Source of the DNA: an archaeon
GTDB lineage: Archaea > B1Sed10-29 > WALL01 > JAGHAM01
Direction of reading: 5' to 3'
NCBI GenBank assembly: GCA_021107635.1
Contig: JAIOSL010000007.1
Span: 36,188 to 100,187, forward strand
DNA: 64,000 nucleotides
Positions 18,188 to 26,443 of the stretch are shown here, piece by piece. The translations under genes were made by a program, and so were the position numbers. A model generated the notes under the pieces. That model was not told where the DNA came from. It did no database searches and was given only the letters and a program-made list of their open reading frames with translations. The first letter of the stretch is position 1; every line of letters begins with the position of its first letter.

Positions 18188-19789
18188 ATGAATTTTGTTG
18201 TTGTTACAGGTGGCGTATTAAGTGGATTAGGAAAAGGAATAGTAACATCCTCACTAGGCAAAATCCTTCAATCAAAAGGGCATAAAATCGCGCCAATCAA
18301 ATTTGATGGTTATCTTAACGTTGACGCAGGAACCATGAACCCATACAGGCACGGAGAAGTATTCGTGCTTGAAGATGGCACAGAATGTGACATGGACCTA
18401 GGAAACTACGAACGCTTCCTTGGTGTCACAATGAACTATTATAATAATCCTACTGGTGGCAAAATCTTCAAGCTTGTCCTAGACAAAGAACGCAAAGGCG
18501 AGTATTTAGGTGCTGACGTCCAATTCATTCCGCATGTTACGGGCGAAATCAAAAACTGGGTTAAAAAAGTAGGCAAAGATGCAAAAGCAGACTTTGTGAT
18601 GATTGAAGTAGGCGGAACCGTCGGAGACATAGAAAACGCATACTTCATAGAAGCAATGCGTGAATTAGCCGTGGAAAAACCCGGCAAAGTAATGTTTATT
18701 CACGTCACACTAGTCCCAGTCTTGAAAGTAGTAGGCGAACAAAAAACAAAACCAACTCAACAATCAGTCAGAGAACTCCAACGATTAGGCGTTCAACCAA
18801 ACTTCATAGTCTGCAGATGCGAAAGACCAATAAAAAAAGAACAAAAGAAAAAAATAGCATTATTCTGCAACGTTCCAGAAGACCATGTTATTTCAGACCA
18901 CGACTGCAATTCAATATATGAAGTTCCATTCGTATTAGAAGAAAGCAAATTCGGAGACCAAGTGCTTGAATCTTTTGGAATAGAAACCACAAACAAAGAC
19001 CTGAAAGAATGGAGAGTACTTGTCCACAACATGATAAAACCAGAAAAAGAAATTACCGTAGGAATCACCGGTAAATACACAGCATTACGTGACTCTTACG
19101 TATCTATCGTAGAAGCGCTCACGCACTCAGGCGCACACGAAAAAACCAAGATTAACTTCAAGTGGATAGAAACCACTGAATTAACAGACGAAGAAGTAGC
19201 AGAAAAAATGAAAGACGTAGACGGCATAATAGTTCCTGGTGGGTTCGGAGCCAGAGGCACTGAAGGAAAAATAAAATGTATCACACAAGCCAGAAACAAC
19301 AATATTCCTTTCCTAGGATTATGCTATGGCATGCAACTAGCAGTCATCGATTATGCGCGCAACGTTTGCGGACTGGACAATGCAAATTCCACTGAAATCG
19401 ATCCGAAAACACCTTATCCCGTAATAGATATTCTTCCTGAACAATACAAGGTGGAAGGTCTTGGAGGAACAATGCGTTTAGGAGCATACGATGCGACTAT
19501 CAAGAAAGGCACTCAAGTTTACAATCTGTACGGAAAAGAGAATGTTAGCGAGAGGCACAGACACCGTTACGAAGTCAATCCGAAATACATTAAACAAATC
19601 GAGGAAAAAGGCTTGATCTTTTCCGGAGTTTCACCAAAGAGAACGCTAATGGAGTTTATTGAATTGCCTGGACATCCTTTCTTTATTGCTACTCAAGCAC
19701 ATCCCGAATTTCAATCTTATCTGGAAAAGCCTGCTCCGTTATTCCATGGTTTTGTTAAAGCCTGCATAAAACACCACCAAAAACACTAA
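18188..19789 (+). CDS. pyrG: CTP synthase.
   Basis: 533 aa. MNFVVVTGGVLSGLGKGI...GATase domain GLCYGMQLAVIDYARNV...HRHRYEVN. Confidence 0.92.
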   Translation: MNFVVVTGGVLSGLGKGIVTSSLGKILQSKGHKIAPIKFDGYLNVDAGTMNPYRHGEVFVLEDGTECDMDLGNYERFLGVTMNYYNNPTGGKIFKLVLDKERKGEYLGADVQFIPHVTGEIKNWVKKVGKDAKADFVMIEVGGTVGDIENAYFIEAMRELAVEKPGKVMFIHVTLVPVLKVVGEQKTKPTQQSVRELQRLGVQPNFIVCRCERPIKKEQKKKIALFCNVPEDHVISDHDCNSIYEVPFVLEESKFGDQVLESFGIETTNKDLKEWRVLVHNMIKPEKEITVGITGKYTALRDSYVSIVEALTHSGAHEKTKINFKWIETTELTDEEVAEKMKDVDGIIVPGGFGARGTEGKIKCITQARNNNIPFLGLCYGMQLAVIDYARNVCGLDNANSTEIDPKTPYPVIDILPEQYKVEGLGGTMRLGAYDATIKKGTQVYNLYGKENVSERHRHRYEVNPKYIKQIEEKGLIFSGVSPKRTLMEFIELPGHPFFIATQAHPEFQSYLEKPAPLFHGFVKACIKHHQKH

Positions 19790-19799
19790 GTTTTCAACT

Positions 19800-19828
19800 C
19801 CCTCCTGAGGCTCTAGGGGTTCAACCCC
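19800..19828. repeat. Left copy of a paired motif block: ccctccYgaggctct followed by aggggttcaacccc.
   Basis: ccctcctgaggctct is at 19800-19814 and aggggttcaacccc at 19815-19828. Both 14-15-mers recur at 20583-20615 in swapped order. Each can form a short hairpin (GGGG-TTCAA-CCCC; CCTC-YY-GAGG). Confidence 0.6.
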
Positions 19829-19849
19829 AGGTCATCTCCCTAAAATAAA

Positions 19850-19862
19850 TATAATTATATAC
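19850..19862 (+). promoter_or_regulatory. AT-rich TATA-like element upstream of the antitoxin-like gene (probably a leaderless transcript).
   Basis: The sequence taattatata is centred about 28 nt upstream of the ATG at 19886. There is no obvious SD spacing. Confidence 0.3.
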
Positions 19863-19885
19863 ATGTTAGTTATATAAATATATCC

Positions 19886-20161
19886 ATGCAAACGTCTGTC
19901 ATAATTGAAAAGGTAGGACACTCTCCAACGCTGAACACTGTGATAATGATAGAACGCACAATAGAAAAAGCTGGCGAACCTCTCACACTCGCAGAACTCA
20001 AGCGGAAACTCCCAAGAAAAGTCATGCACTCCACACTATTAGCAGTGCTTGATTATCTCCAAGAAAGCGGGAAGATAATCATCACCACAAAAGGTGTTGT
20101 CTGGATTTTTGCTCCTAGGAAAGAAATCGAAGCGATGAAAAAGAGGGGCATACAACTATGA
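19886..20161 (+). CDS. Small winged-helix DNA-binding protein, putative antitoxin of a two-gene cassette.
   Basis: 91 aa. LTLAELKRKLPRKVMHSTLLAVLDYLQESGKIIITTKGVVWIF (wHTH-like). Its stop overlaps the downstream start by ATGA. Confidence 0.55.
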   Translation: MQTSVIIEKVGHSPTLNTVIMIERTIEKAGEPLTLAELKRKLPRKVMHSTLLAVLDYLQESGKIIITTKGVVWIFAPRKEIEAMKKRGIQL

Positions 20162-20526
20162 GGAGCATCCAAGTCTTCATAATAGATGAAGCCGAAGAAG
20201 AGTTCAAGCAATTAAACAAGCTGGTCGGCGAACAGCGAGAAAAAGACATCAAAAACTCTGAGGAAATCCAGTTGCTTAAATCGATAAAGAAAAAGAGGGA
20301 CATACTCAAACTAAATCCTGTTTATGGTGATAAGATTCCTCGTAAGTACTGGCCGAAAGAACTTGTCGGAAGATACCAGCTCACTAACTTATGGAGAGTA
20401 GAACTCACGAGCTATTGGAGAATGTTATACACCCTGAGAGGAGATAAACTAGAAGTGCTCTGTTTTGTTATCGAGATATTAGACCACAATCAATACAACC
20501 AGCTCTTCGGATACAAAAAGAAGTAG
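20158..20526 (+). CDS. RelE/ParE/YoeB-superfamily toxin-like protein.
   Basis: 122 aa. The C-terminal half PRKYWPKELVGRYQLTNLWRVELTSYWRMLYTLRGDKLEVLCFVIEILDHNQY matches the RelE/YoeB fold signature, with the aromatic W..R, the YRLVY-like strand and a terminal H..Y. It is translationally coupled to the upstream wHTH gene. Confidence 0.55.
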   Translation: MRSIQVFIIDEAEEEFKQLNKLVGEQREKDIKNSEEIQLLKSIKKKRDILKLNPVYGDKIPRKYWPKELVGRYQLTNLWRVELTSYWRMLYTLRGDKLEVLCFVIEILDHNQYNQLFGYKKK

Positions 20527-20582
20527 AACAAGCTTTCCGCGGAAATTTCCTAGGAAATGTATTGTGTGTGTCGTGGGGATCT

Positions 20583-20615
20583 AGGGGTTCAACCCCTGTT
20601 CCCTCCCGAGGCTCT
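20583..20615. repeat. Right copy of the paired motif block: aggggttcaacccc, then tgtt, then ccctcccgaggctct.
   Basis: Exact 14-mer at 20583-20596. The 15-mer with one mismatch is at 20601-20615. It sits just after the toxin stop at 20526. Confidence 0.6.
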
Positions 20616-20696
20616 CAACCTTTGTTTATAGAACTCCAACTGCTTAGATTAAACTCTGTTGACAGATGCTCACAGAAGGTTCCAAAAGGGTGTTGT

Positions 20697-21428
20697 TCAT
20701 TTCAGGCTGATTCTCATGCCTTTGAAGAGACTCTTGAAATTCTTGTACGTTATCTTCTCGTAAACTTCTTTTGGCAGCTCAAGAGTTTCTAGTTCTGTCT
20801 TAGCTACAAGAGGATAGATGTATGGGGAATCTGAGCCAAACAACAGTTTGTCCGGTCCAGCTTCTTTTATTACTCTTTGCAAGCGGTAGTTGCTTAACAA
20901 GGAGGTGTCAATGTACATGTGCTCATATTTATTCACCAATCTCACGGCATGATGATAATAGCATGTTCCTGCATGGCCAATTATTATCGGGGCAGGGTAA
21001 TCCTTTAAAAGCTCGATATTTTTCACGTGAGTGTGTGGCCTGTGATCGGTATGGATTATCAGAGGAAGCGAATGTTTAGCTGTTTCCTTGAATATCTGGA
21101 GTGCTTTTTTCAAGTGATACTCTCTGGTGTGGATCTTTACTCCTTTGAGACCTAATTCGCGAAGTTCTTTTTCTTCTTGTTTCCAAGTTTTACTTAGCGG
21201 AGTCAGCCTTCCGAATCCAATAAACCTCTGAGGGTACTTTTTGCAGCACTCGTGTATGTAGTTATTCGCATTAGAAAAGTTGTAGTTCATCGCGTTGTGG
21301 CAAAAAGGGAAGACAATTGCTTTATTCACACCAGCAGTATCCATCTTCTCGATTAGTTCTTCGGCATTCTGGTTTTCTGCTATGATTCCACTTCTGCCGC
21401 CTATGTGAGTATGGCAATCAATAAGCAT
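20697..21428 (-). CDS. Amidohydrolase-2 family (TIM-barrel metal-dependent hydrolase).
   Basis: MLIDCHTHIGG (metal-binding HxH), then internal His/Asp ligands (IIHTDH, GHAG). The probable ATG is at 21428 and overlaps the upstream gene end by a few nt. Confidence 0.75.
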   Translation of the reverse strand: MLIDCHTHIGGRSGIIAENQNAEELIEKMDTAGVNKAIVFPFCHNAMNYNFSNANNYIHECCKKYPQRFIGFGRLTPLSKTWKQEEKELRELGLKGVKIHTREYHLKKALQIFKETAKHSLPLIIHTDHRPHTHVKNIELLKDYPAPIIIGHAGTCYYHHAVRLVNKYEHMYIDTSLLSNYRLQRVIKEAGPDKLLFGSDSPYIYPLVAKTELETLELPKEVYEKITYKNFKSLFKGMRISLK

Positions 21429-21432
21429 TTTT

Positions 21433-22767
21433 CTACATCTCCGAGTACACAAAAGTAGGAAGTATTGCTCCTCCCCCGTGAAGGTTAATGACGCTTTTTT
21501 CTGATGCTCGTGCTAGACATCCCTTGAAGCTGTTGTTAAAGACATGAGGGTTGATATTCATCTTTTTATCTTCGAAAACAATGCCATTCTTTTTAACTAC
21601 TGGCAGATCTATCTCATTTGGCTTCAAGTACTCTTGGGCTATCCAGTCTTCTCTTCCCACTGCTCTTTTTACTGCTGCATTCCATTTCTTACTAGGAGTA
21701 TCCAAACCAATCATGACGCCAGCTCCCCCGTATCCAGAGGACGGCTTCAAGACAAATTCATCCTTGTTTTCAAGCAAAAGTTTTTCCAGTTCATGCTCCC
21801 CTTCTTTATACTCTACTGTTTTCTCTGTGGTAGGGTAGGTCCACGGCAAGTGTTTACTTAAAAACTTTTTTTCTTTGGAGTTAAGAGAATTGTCAAAGTA
21901 TCCACTCCTAAGCAGCCATATTATCTTCTTGTTGTTGGGTACAATTGATTGAAAATTGTTTACAATGCATGTCTTCTTGCTTTTCACTGCTGCGAGGAAG
22001 TCTTTTACACTTGCCTTGTGATCCATTAGCTCTGAGACTATTGCTCTCTTGTATACAACATCTATTTCCTTGTTTTTGTACACGAGTTTTCCTGATTTGT
22101 GCTTCAGCTTTCGTGGATCTACTGTAAACGCGTCAAAACCTCTTTTTCTCAAGAAGGTTGCTGTTAACCATATATCACTTTCTATGGGCTCCCAGTCCAC
22201 CAATGCAATCGTGGGAAAGTCTTTCTCTTTCCCAAATTGAGTATAGCACTTTTTTATTTCTTCTGACAAGCTCGTAAGGAGTGAACTTTGCTCTAGCTTG
22301 TAGCTCTCGCTGACTTCTTCCAGAGTAGTCGTTTCCATGAACAGTTGTGCCGTTATGTTTGCGATGGCCATGCTACCTGGGCTATCGGTGTTGAATTCTA
22401 TGAACTTTGGCGTTCCATTCTCTATTATCAGGTCAAGGCGGGATATTGCAACTGGGTTATTGTATCCTGGGTCAATGTGTATAAAAGAAGAGAGAAAAGA
22501 ATCATATCCTAATAGCCTATGAAGTTTATCGTTTCTGGAGTTCTCTCTTGTAATTTTATTGAGTATACCAGCCATTTTCTCTGAAAGTTGTTTGATTTTT
22601 CTTTCCTGATACTTGCTCAGGAAACAAGGTTCAAAAAAGAAAGAATAAGGTTCTTTATTAATCAACAAATTGCTTCGTATGAATGCTTTTTTCATTTCTT
22701 CGATTTCTTGGATTACTCTTTCTTCGTTCTTTGCTACAATGCTCCTATAGTCATCTTCAATAGACAT
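21433..22767 (-). CDS. Glutathionylspermidine-synthetase-like pre-ATP-grasp family amide ligase.
   Basis: 444 aa. RLDLIIENGTPKFIEFNTDSPGSMAIAN matches the GspS-like R(F/L)D....G.PK.(L/I)E.N(A/T)D(T/S)P core. Confidence 0.65.
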   Translation of the reverse strand: MSIEDDYRSIVAKNEERVIQEIEEMKKAFIRSNLLINKEPYSFFFEPCFLSKYQERKIKQLSEKMAGILNKITRENSRNDKLHRLLGYDSFLSSFIHIDPGYNNPVAISRLDLIIENGTPKFIEFNTDSPGSMAIANITAQLFMETTTLEEVSESYKLEQSSLLTSLSEEIKKCYTQFGKEKDFPTIALVDWEPIESDIWLTATFLRKRGFDAFTVDPRKLKHKSGKLVYKNKEIDVVYKRAIVSELMDHKASVKDFLAAVKSKKTCIVNNFQSIVPNNKKIIWLLRSGYFDNSLNSKEKKFLSKHLPWTYPTTEKTVEYKEGEHELEKLLLENKDEFVLKPSSGYGGAGVMIGLDTPSKKWNAAVKRAVGREDWIAQEYLKPNEIDLPVVKKNGIVFEDKKMNINPHVFNNSFKGCLARASEKSVINLHGGGAILPTFVYSEM

Positions 22768-22778
22768 GTATCCACCTC

Positions 22779-24110
22779 TTACAGTTCTAATCCTTCAAGG
22801 AGTTCTGTGTAATCTATAGTTTCTTTCTTTGTTTTGTATGCCCAGTTTAAAGCTATCTCTGCTGCTTCTTTTTTCGAGAGTTCACTGTCTAGGTTAAAGC
22901 CTTTTCTTTTTGCTGAGGAGATTATCCTATCTGAAACCGTTTTCTTTTTCTTGATTAGTGATAAGAGAGGTTTCAGTGCTGGCATATACTCCTTGTGCAG
23001 AGATGGTTTTATGAACCTAAGAAACCTAGTTGTGTACTTCCTGATTTTTTTGCTGCTGAAGCCGTTGTAAGCAGATTCTCGTTGTAGGATGTTTCTTACA
23101 GTGGTGTGGGGAGGGATATATACTACGTTTCCCTCTCTTTTGAATGCTTCTTCAACTGTTATGTCGGCTGGAACTACTTTGTGGAAGTCTTGCTGTATTT
23201 CTCTAAAAAGGAATTTCAGCAGAATGCCTGCTCCAATCATGTACTGCGGGTAGTTTACGTCCATTCCTCTAAGTTCCAGTGTTCCAAGTTTGTTGATTCT
23301 TACAACATTCCAACACAAGTCAAGAGTGTGGGTTTTTTCCATAGTCTTTCCTGGATTTACTCCGGCTTTTTCGATTAACTTTTTTACTCTTTTTTCTCGC
23401 TTCCTTATAGAGTATATCAAGTCTTTTTCTGTTTGTTTGTAAGGGGGGAGGCCGCCTAAAAGCTGCTGGTTTCCATACATGCCTTTTGGGTAGTTTAGTT
23501 GCTTCCCTCCCCTATAATACAGGAGGCGCGAATCTTTAGCTAGGTTTCTGCCGTCGACAAAAGGAGAAGATTGGAGGAAAGAAGTAAGGATGGGATCAAC
23601 TGCTATTGCGACATTGTAACTGTGCATCATGCTCTCCTTTATCTTGGAGTGCTTCATCACTCTGAGGAATCCTTTCTTGTGGTCGAAAATTCCTCTTGGG
23701 AGGGTGTAGTGATAGTGAAACCCCGCGCACAAGAGAGCTTTTCTGAAACGATCTTTTCCAAATACTCTTTGTTGAATCAAATACCAGCGTTTTTTTCTCA
23801 TTGCCGGCTCGTATCTCATTGGATGTGTTGCGAAAGGGAAGACATACATATCCTTTTTTCCGGCTATTTCACAAACATGCTCCAGTGTATGCAGCAAGTC
23901 CGCTGAAGTGTTGTTCACATTTATTGAAGGGTATGATGTCAGTTCTATCCAGCTTTTGTTACATTCTGTCTTAACTCTATTTCTACCTAATTCTTTTCTA
24001 CATTCTTTGATTATTGGATCAACATTTTTTATTGGGATGCCATTGTTATCTAAAATGCAAAATTCAGCCTCGAATCCCGAAAGAGATTTCTTCAATCGTC
24101 GAACACTCAT
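22779..24110 (-). CDS. Glutamate-cysteine-ligase family 2 (GCS2/YbdK-type carboxylate-amine ligase).
   Basis: 443 aa. GFEAEFCILDNNG (compare GVEEEYLLVD). ELTSYPSINVNN (compare EVNTPPC). ATHPM (compare GTHPF). CAGFHYHYTLP (compare ICGMHVHVGVP). Confidence 0.75.
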   Translation of the reverse strand: MSVRRLKKSLSGFEAEFCILDNNGIPIKNVDPIIKECRKELGRNRVKTECNKSWIELTSYPSINVNNTSADLLHTLEHVCEIAGKKDMYVFPFATHPMRYEPAMRKKRWYLIQQRVFGKDRFRKALLCAGFHYHYTLPRGIFDHKKGFLRVMKHSKIKESMMHSYNVAIAVDPILTSFLQSSPFVDGRNLAKDSRLLYYRGGKQLNYPKGMYGNQQLLGGLPPYKQTEKDLIYSIRKREKRVKKLIEKAGVNPGKTMEKTHTLDLCWNVVRINKLGTLELRGMDVNYPQYMIGAGILLKFLFREIQQDFHKVVPADITVEEAFKREGNVVYIPPHTTVRNILQRESAYNGFSSKKIRKYTTRFLRFIKPSLHKEYMPALKPLLSLIKKKKTVSDRIISSAKRKGFNLDSELSKKEAAEIALNWAYKTKKETIDYTELLEGLEL

Positions 24111-24373
24111 ATTATTACAACTAGTTACTGTATCCTTGTGAACTCCTGTATTTAAAGCATGGATGTTTTCAAGGAGGGAAAAGATATGAGTTATGATGAA
24201 CTTTAAAAGTTATCTTTCCCTGTCTTCCAGTGACAATGGGTATGGATCTACATGTTTGGAGTCTAGGCCATCCCGAAATTTTAGTCTAAAACTAGTAAAG
24301 TTCCCTGATACGCTCCTGCGAAAAGCTTTAATTACTCCTCCCCCCAAATCAACCAACACGCGCAGGGAAAAAA

Positions 24374-26407
24374 ATGAAACTTATCATAGCAGAAAAACAA
24401 ATTGCCGCGAGAAGAATTGCCGAAATCCTCTCAAAAGGCAAAGCAACAACAATTCAAGAAAAAAGACTATCTATTTTTGACATAGGCAACGATACTCTAG
24501 TCGTACCACTAAGAGGACACATACTAAGCGTAGACTATCCAAAACAATACAATGACTGGAGAAGCACTAATCTACACTCACTAATCAAAGCACCCATCCA
24601 ATACACGCCCAGCGAAAAAGACATTGTTGCAGTACTACGTAAATATGCTCCAAAAACAAAAGAAGTGATAATAAGCACAGACTTTGATACTGAAGGAGAA
24701 TCAATAGGCAAAGAAGCAGTTGACATCCTACAAGAAAAAAACCCTAAAATCAAAGTAGCCAGGACAAGATTCAGTGCAATAACCACAGAAGAAGTAGACC
24801 ACGCATTCAACAACATATGTGAACTAGATTATAACCTTGCTGATTCAGCTGATGCAAGAAGAGAAATAGACCTATTATGGGGTGCAGTGCTCACACGGTT
24901 CGTTTCACTCTCATCAGGAAGACTAGGACACAAATTTTTGTCAGTAGGTAGAGTCCAAACACCTACACTAGCATTAATTGTTGACCTAGAACTTCAAAGA
25001 CAAGCATTCAAAAAAGAAGCCTACTGGATAATCTCAGCAATCTTTAACAAACAATTCAACTTTGAAGGCACTCATAAAGAAGGTAAATTCTGGAAAGAAG
25101 ACCAAGTCAAACAAATCTACGAAAAAATAAAAGACGAAAAACAAGGTACAGTCACCAAAGTCACAAAAAGTAAGAAAAACCTAAAACCGCCAGTTCCTTT
25201 CAACACTACTGGTTTCCTCCGCGCTGCAGCCAATCTTGGATTAAGTCCATCAAGAGCAATGTCAATAGCAGAAACTCTATATATGGCAGGATATGTTTCA
25301 TATCCTAGAACTGACAATACAGTATATCCTCCTTCACTAAATCTTAAAAAAATACTACAAAAATTTGAGAGTCACTCTGAATTCGGAGAACATGCCAAAA
25401 AAATACTCTCACGCGGCAAAATCACACCAACAAAAGGACCTAAAAAAGCAACGGATCACCCTCCAATTACTCCGATGGAACCAACAACAAAAAGCAGGCT
25501 GGATGCACAACAATGGAAAATCTACGAACTAATAGTGCGCAGGTTCTTTGCCACGCTATCACCGAAATGCGAGCTTAATGTTGTTAAAGTAGAAATAGAT
25601 GTCAAACAAGAACTATTCATATGTAACGGTCAAACCTTAATAGAGCCAGGCTGGAAAGAAGTTTATCCTTATTCTACAGTCAAAGAAGTCCGATTACCTG
25701 AACTTGAAAAAGGAGAAAAAATAGAGATAAAACAGCTCACACTTACTGAAAAAGAAACTAAACCTCCAGCACGATACACACCAGCAGCACTAATCAAAAA
25801 AATGGAGGACCTTGGACTAGGCACTAAAAGTACGCGACCGGAAATCATCAAAAAACTACAATATCGTGCATACATACAAGGAACAAAAAACTATGAACCA
25901 ACCAAGATTGCATTCGCATTAATTGAAGCGTTAAAAAAGCATGCTTCAGACATCACCGATCCAAACATGACCGCAGAACTAGAAAAAGACATGGAAAAAG
26001 TACAAGGAGGAAAAAAGAAAAAACAACAACTCGTCCAATCCTCCCAAACAATGCTTTCCACAGTCCTAGATAAACTATCCTCAAAAAATCAAGAAATAGG
26101 TAACTCGCTCAGAGAAGCAGCAGGACAAACTGATACACTAGCAAGATGTGAATGTGGCGGAGACCTTCGCATAATTCGCTCACGCAAAACAGGAAAACGG
26201 TTCGTAGGATGCACAAACTACGCTAAAGGCTGCAGACATTCATTTCCACTACCCCAAAAAGGTACAGTAACGCAAACAGATAAAATCTGTCCACACTGTG
26301 GTTCTCCAGTAATAAAAGTACGCTTACGGAGAGTCTTTGAAATGTGTCTAGATCCACACTGTGAAACTAAAAAAGACTGGGGCAAAAAAAAGAAAAGCAA
26401 GCAGTAA
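24374..26407 (+). CDS. topA: DNA topoisomerase I (type IA) with C-terminal Zn ribbons.
   Basis: 677 aa. MKLIIAEKQIAARRIAEIL (Toprim). Active-site region GYVSYPRTDNT (catalytic Tyr). C-terminal CECGGDLRI...C and CPHCGSP...C zinc fingers. Confidence 0.88.
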   Translation: MKLIIAEKQIAARRIAEILSKGKATTIQEKRLSIFDIGNDTLVVPLRGHILSVDYPKQYNDWRSTNLHSLIKAPIQYTPSEKDIVAVLRKYAPKTKEVIISTDFDTEGESIGKEAVDILQEKNPKIKVARTRFSAITTEEVDHAFNNICELDYNLADSADARREIDLLWGAVLTRFVSLSSGRLGHKFLSVGRVQTPTLALIVDLELQRQAFKKEAYWIISAIFNKQFNFEGTHKEGKFWKEDQVKQIYEKIKDEKQGTVTKVTKSKKNLKPPVPFNTTGFLRAAANLGLSPSRAMSIAETLYMAGYVSYPRTDNTVYPPSLNLKKILQKFESHSEFGEHAKKILSRGKITPTKGPKKATDHPPITPMEPTTKSRLDAQQWKIYELIVRRFFATLSPKCELNVVKVEIDVKQELFICNGQTLIEPGWKEVYPYSTVKEVRLPELEKGEKIEIKQLTLTEKETKPPARYTPAALIKKMEDLGLGTKSTRPEIIKKLQYRAYIQGTKNYEPTKIAFALIEALKKHASDITDPNMTAELEKDMEKVQGGKKKKQQLVQSSQTMLSTVLDKLSSKNQEIGNSLREAAGQTDTLARCECGGDLRIIRSRKTGKRFVGCTNYAKGCRHSFPLPQKGTVTQTDKICPHCGSPVIKVRLRRVFEMCLDPHCETKKDWGKKKKSKQ

Positions 26408-26443
26408 TTTTAAATATCTAAAAGATTCCAATATACGATTACA

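Noticed and set aside
19790-19840. Possible tRNA or tRNA fragment because of the GGTTCAA (T-loop-like) sequence; the same was considered at 20575-20625.
   Set aside because: A cloverleaf cannot be built: the flanks of GGGGTTCAACCCC do not extend the stem to a 5-bp T-arm, and there is no acceptor or anticodon stem. It is reported as a hairpin motif pair instead.
19800-20615. CRISPR array?
   Set aside because: There are only two copies of each about 15-nt motif, no regular repeat-spacer periodicity, and no cas genes in the window.
24193-24480. 95-aa ORF across the topA start.
   Set aside because: It overlaps the well-supported topA N-terminus in another frame and is low-complexity. It is more likely intergenic/promoter sequence plus overlap.
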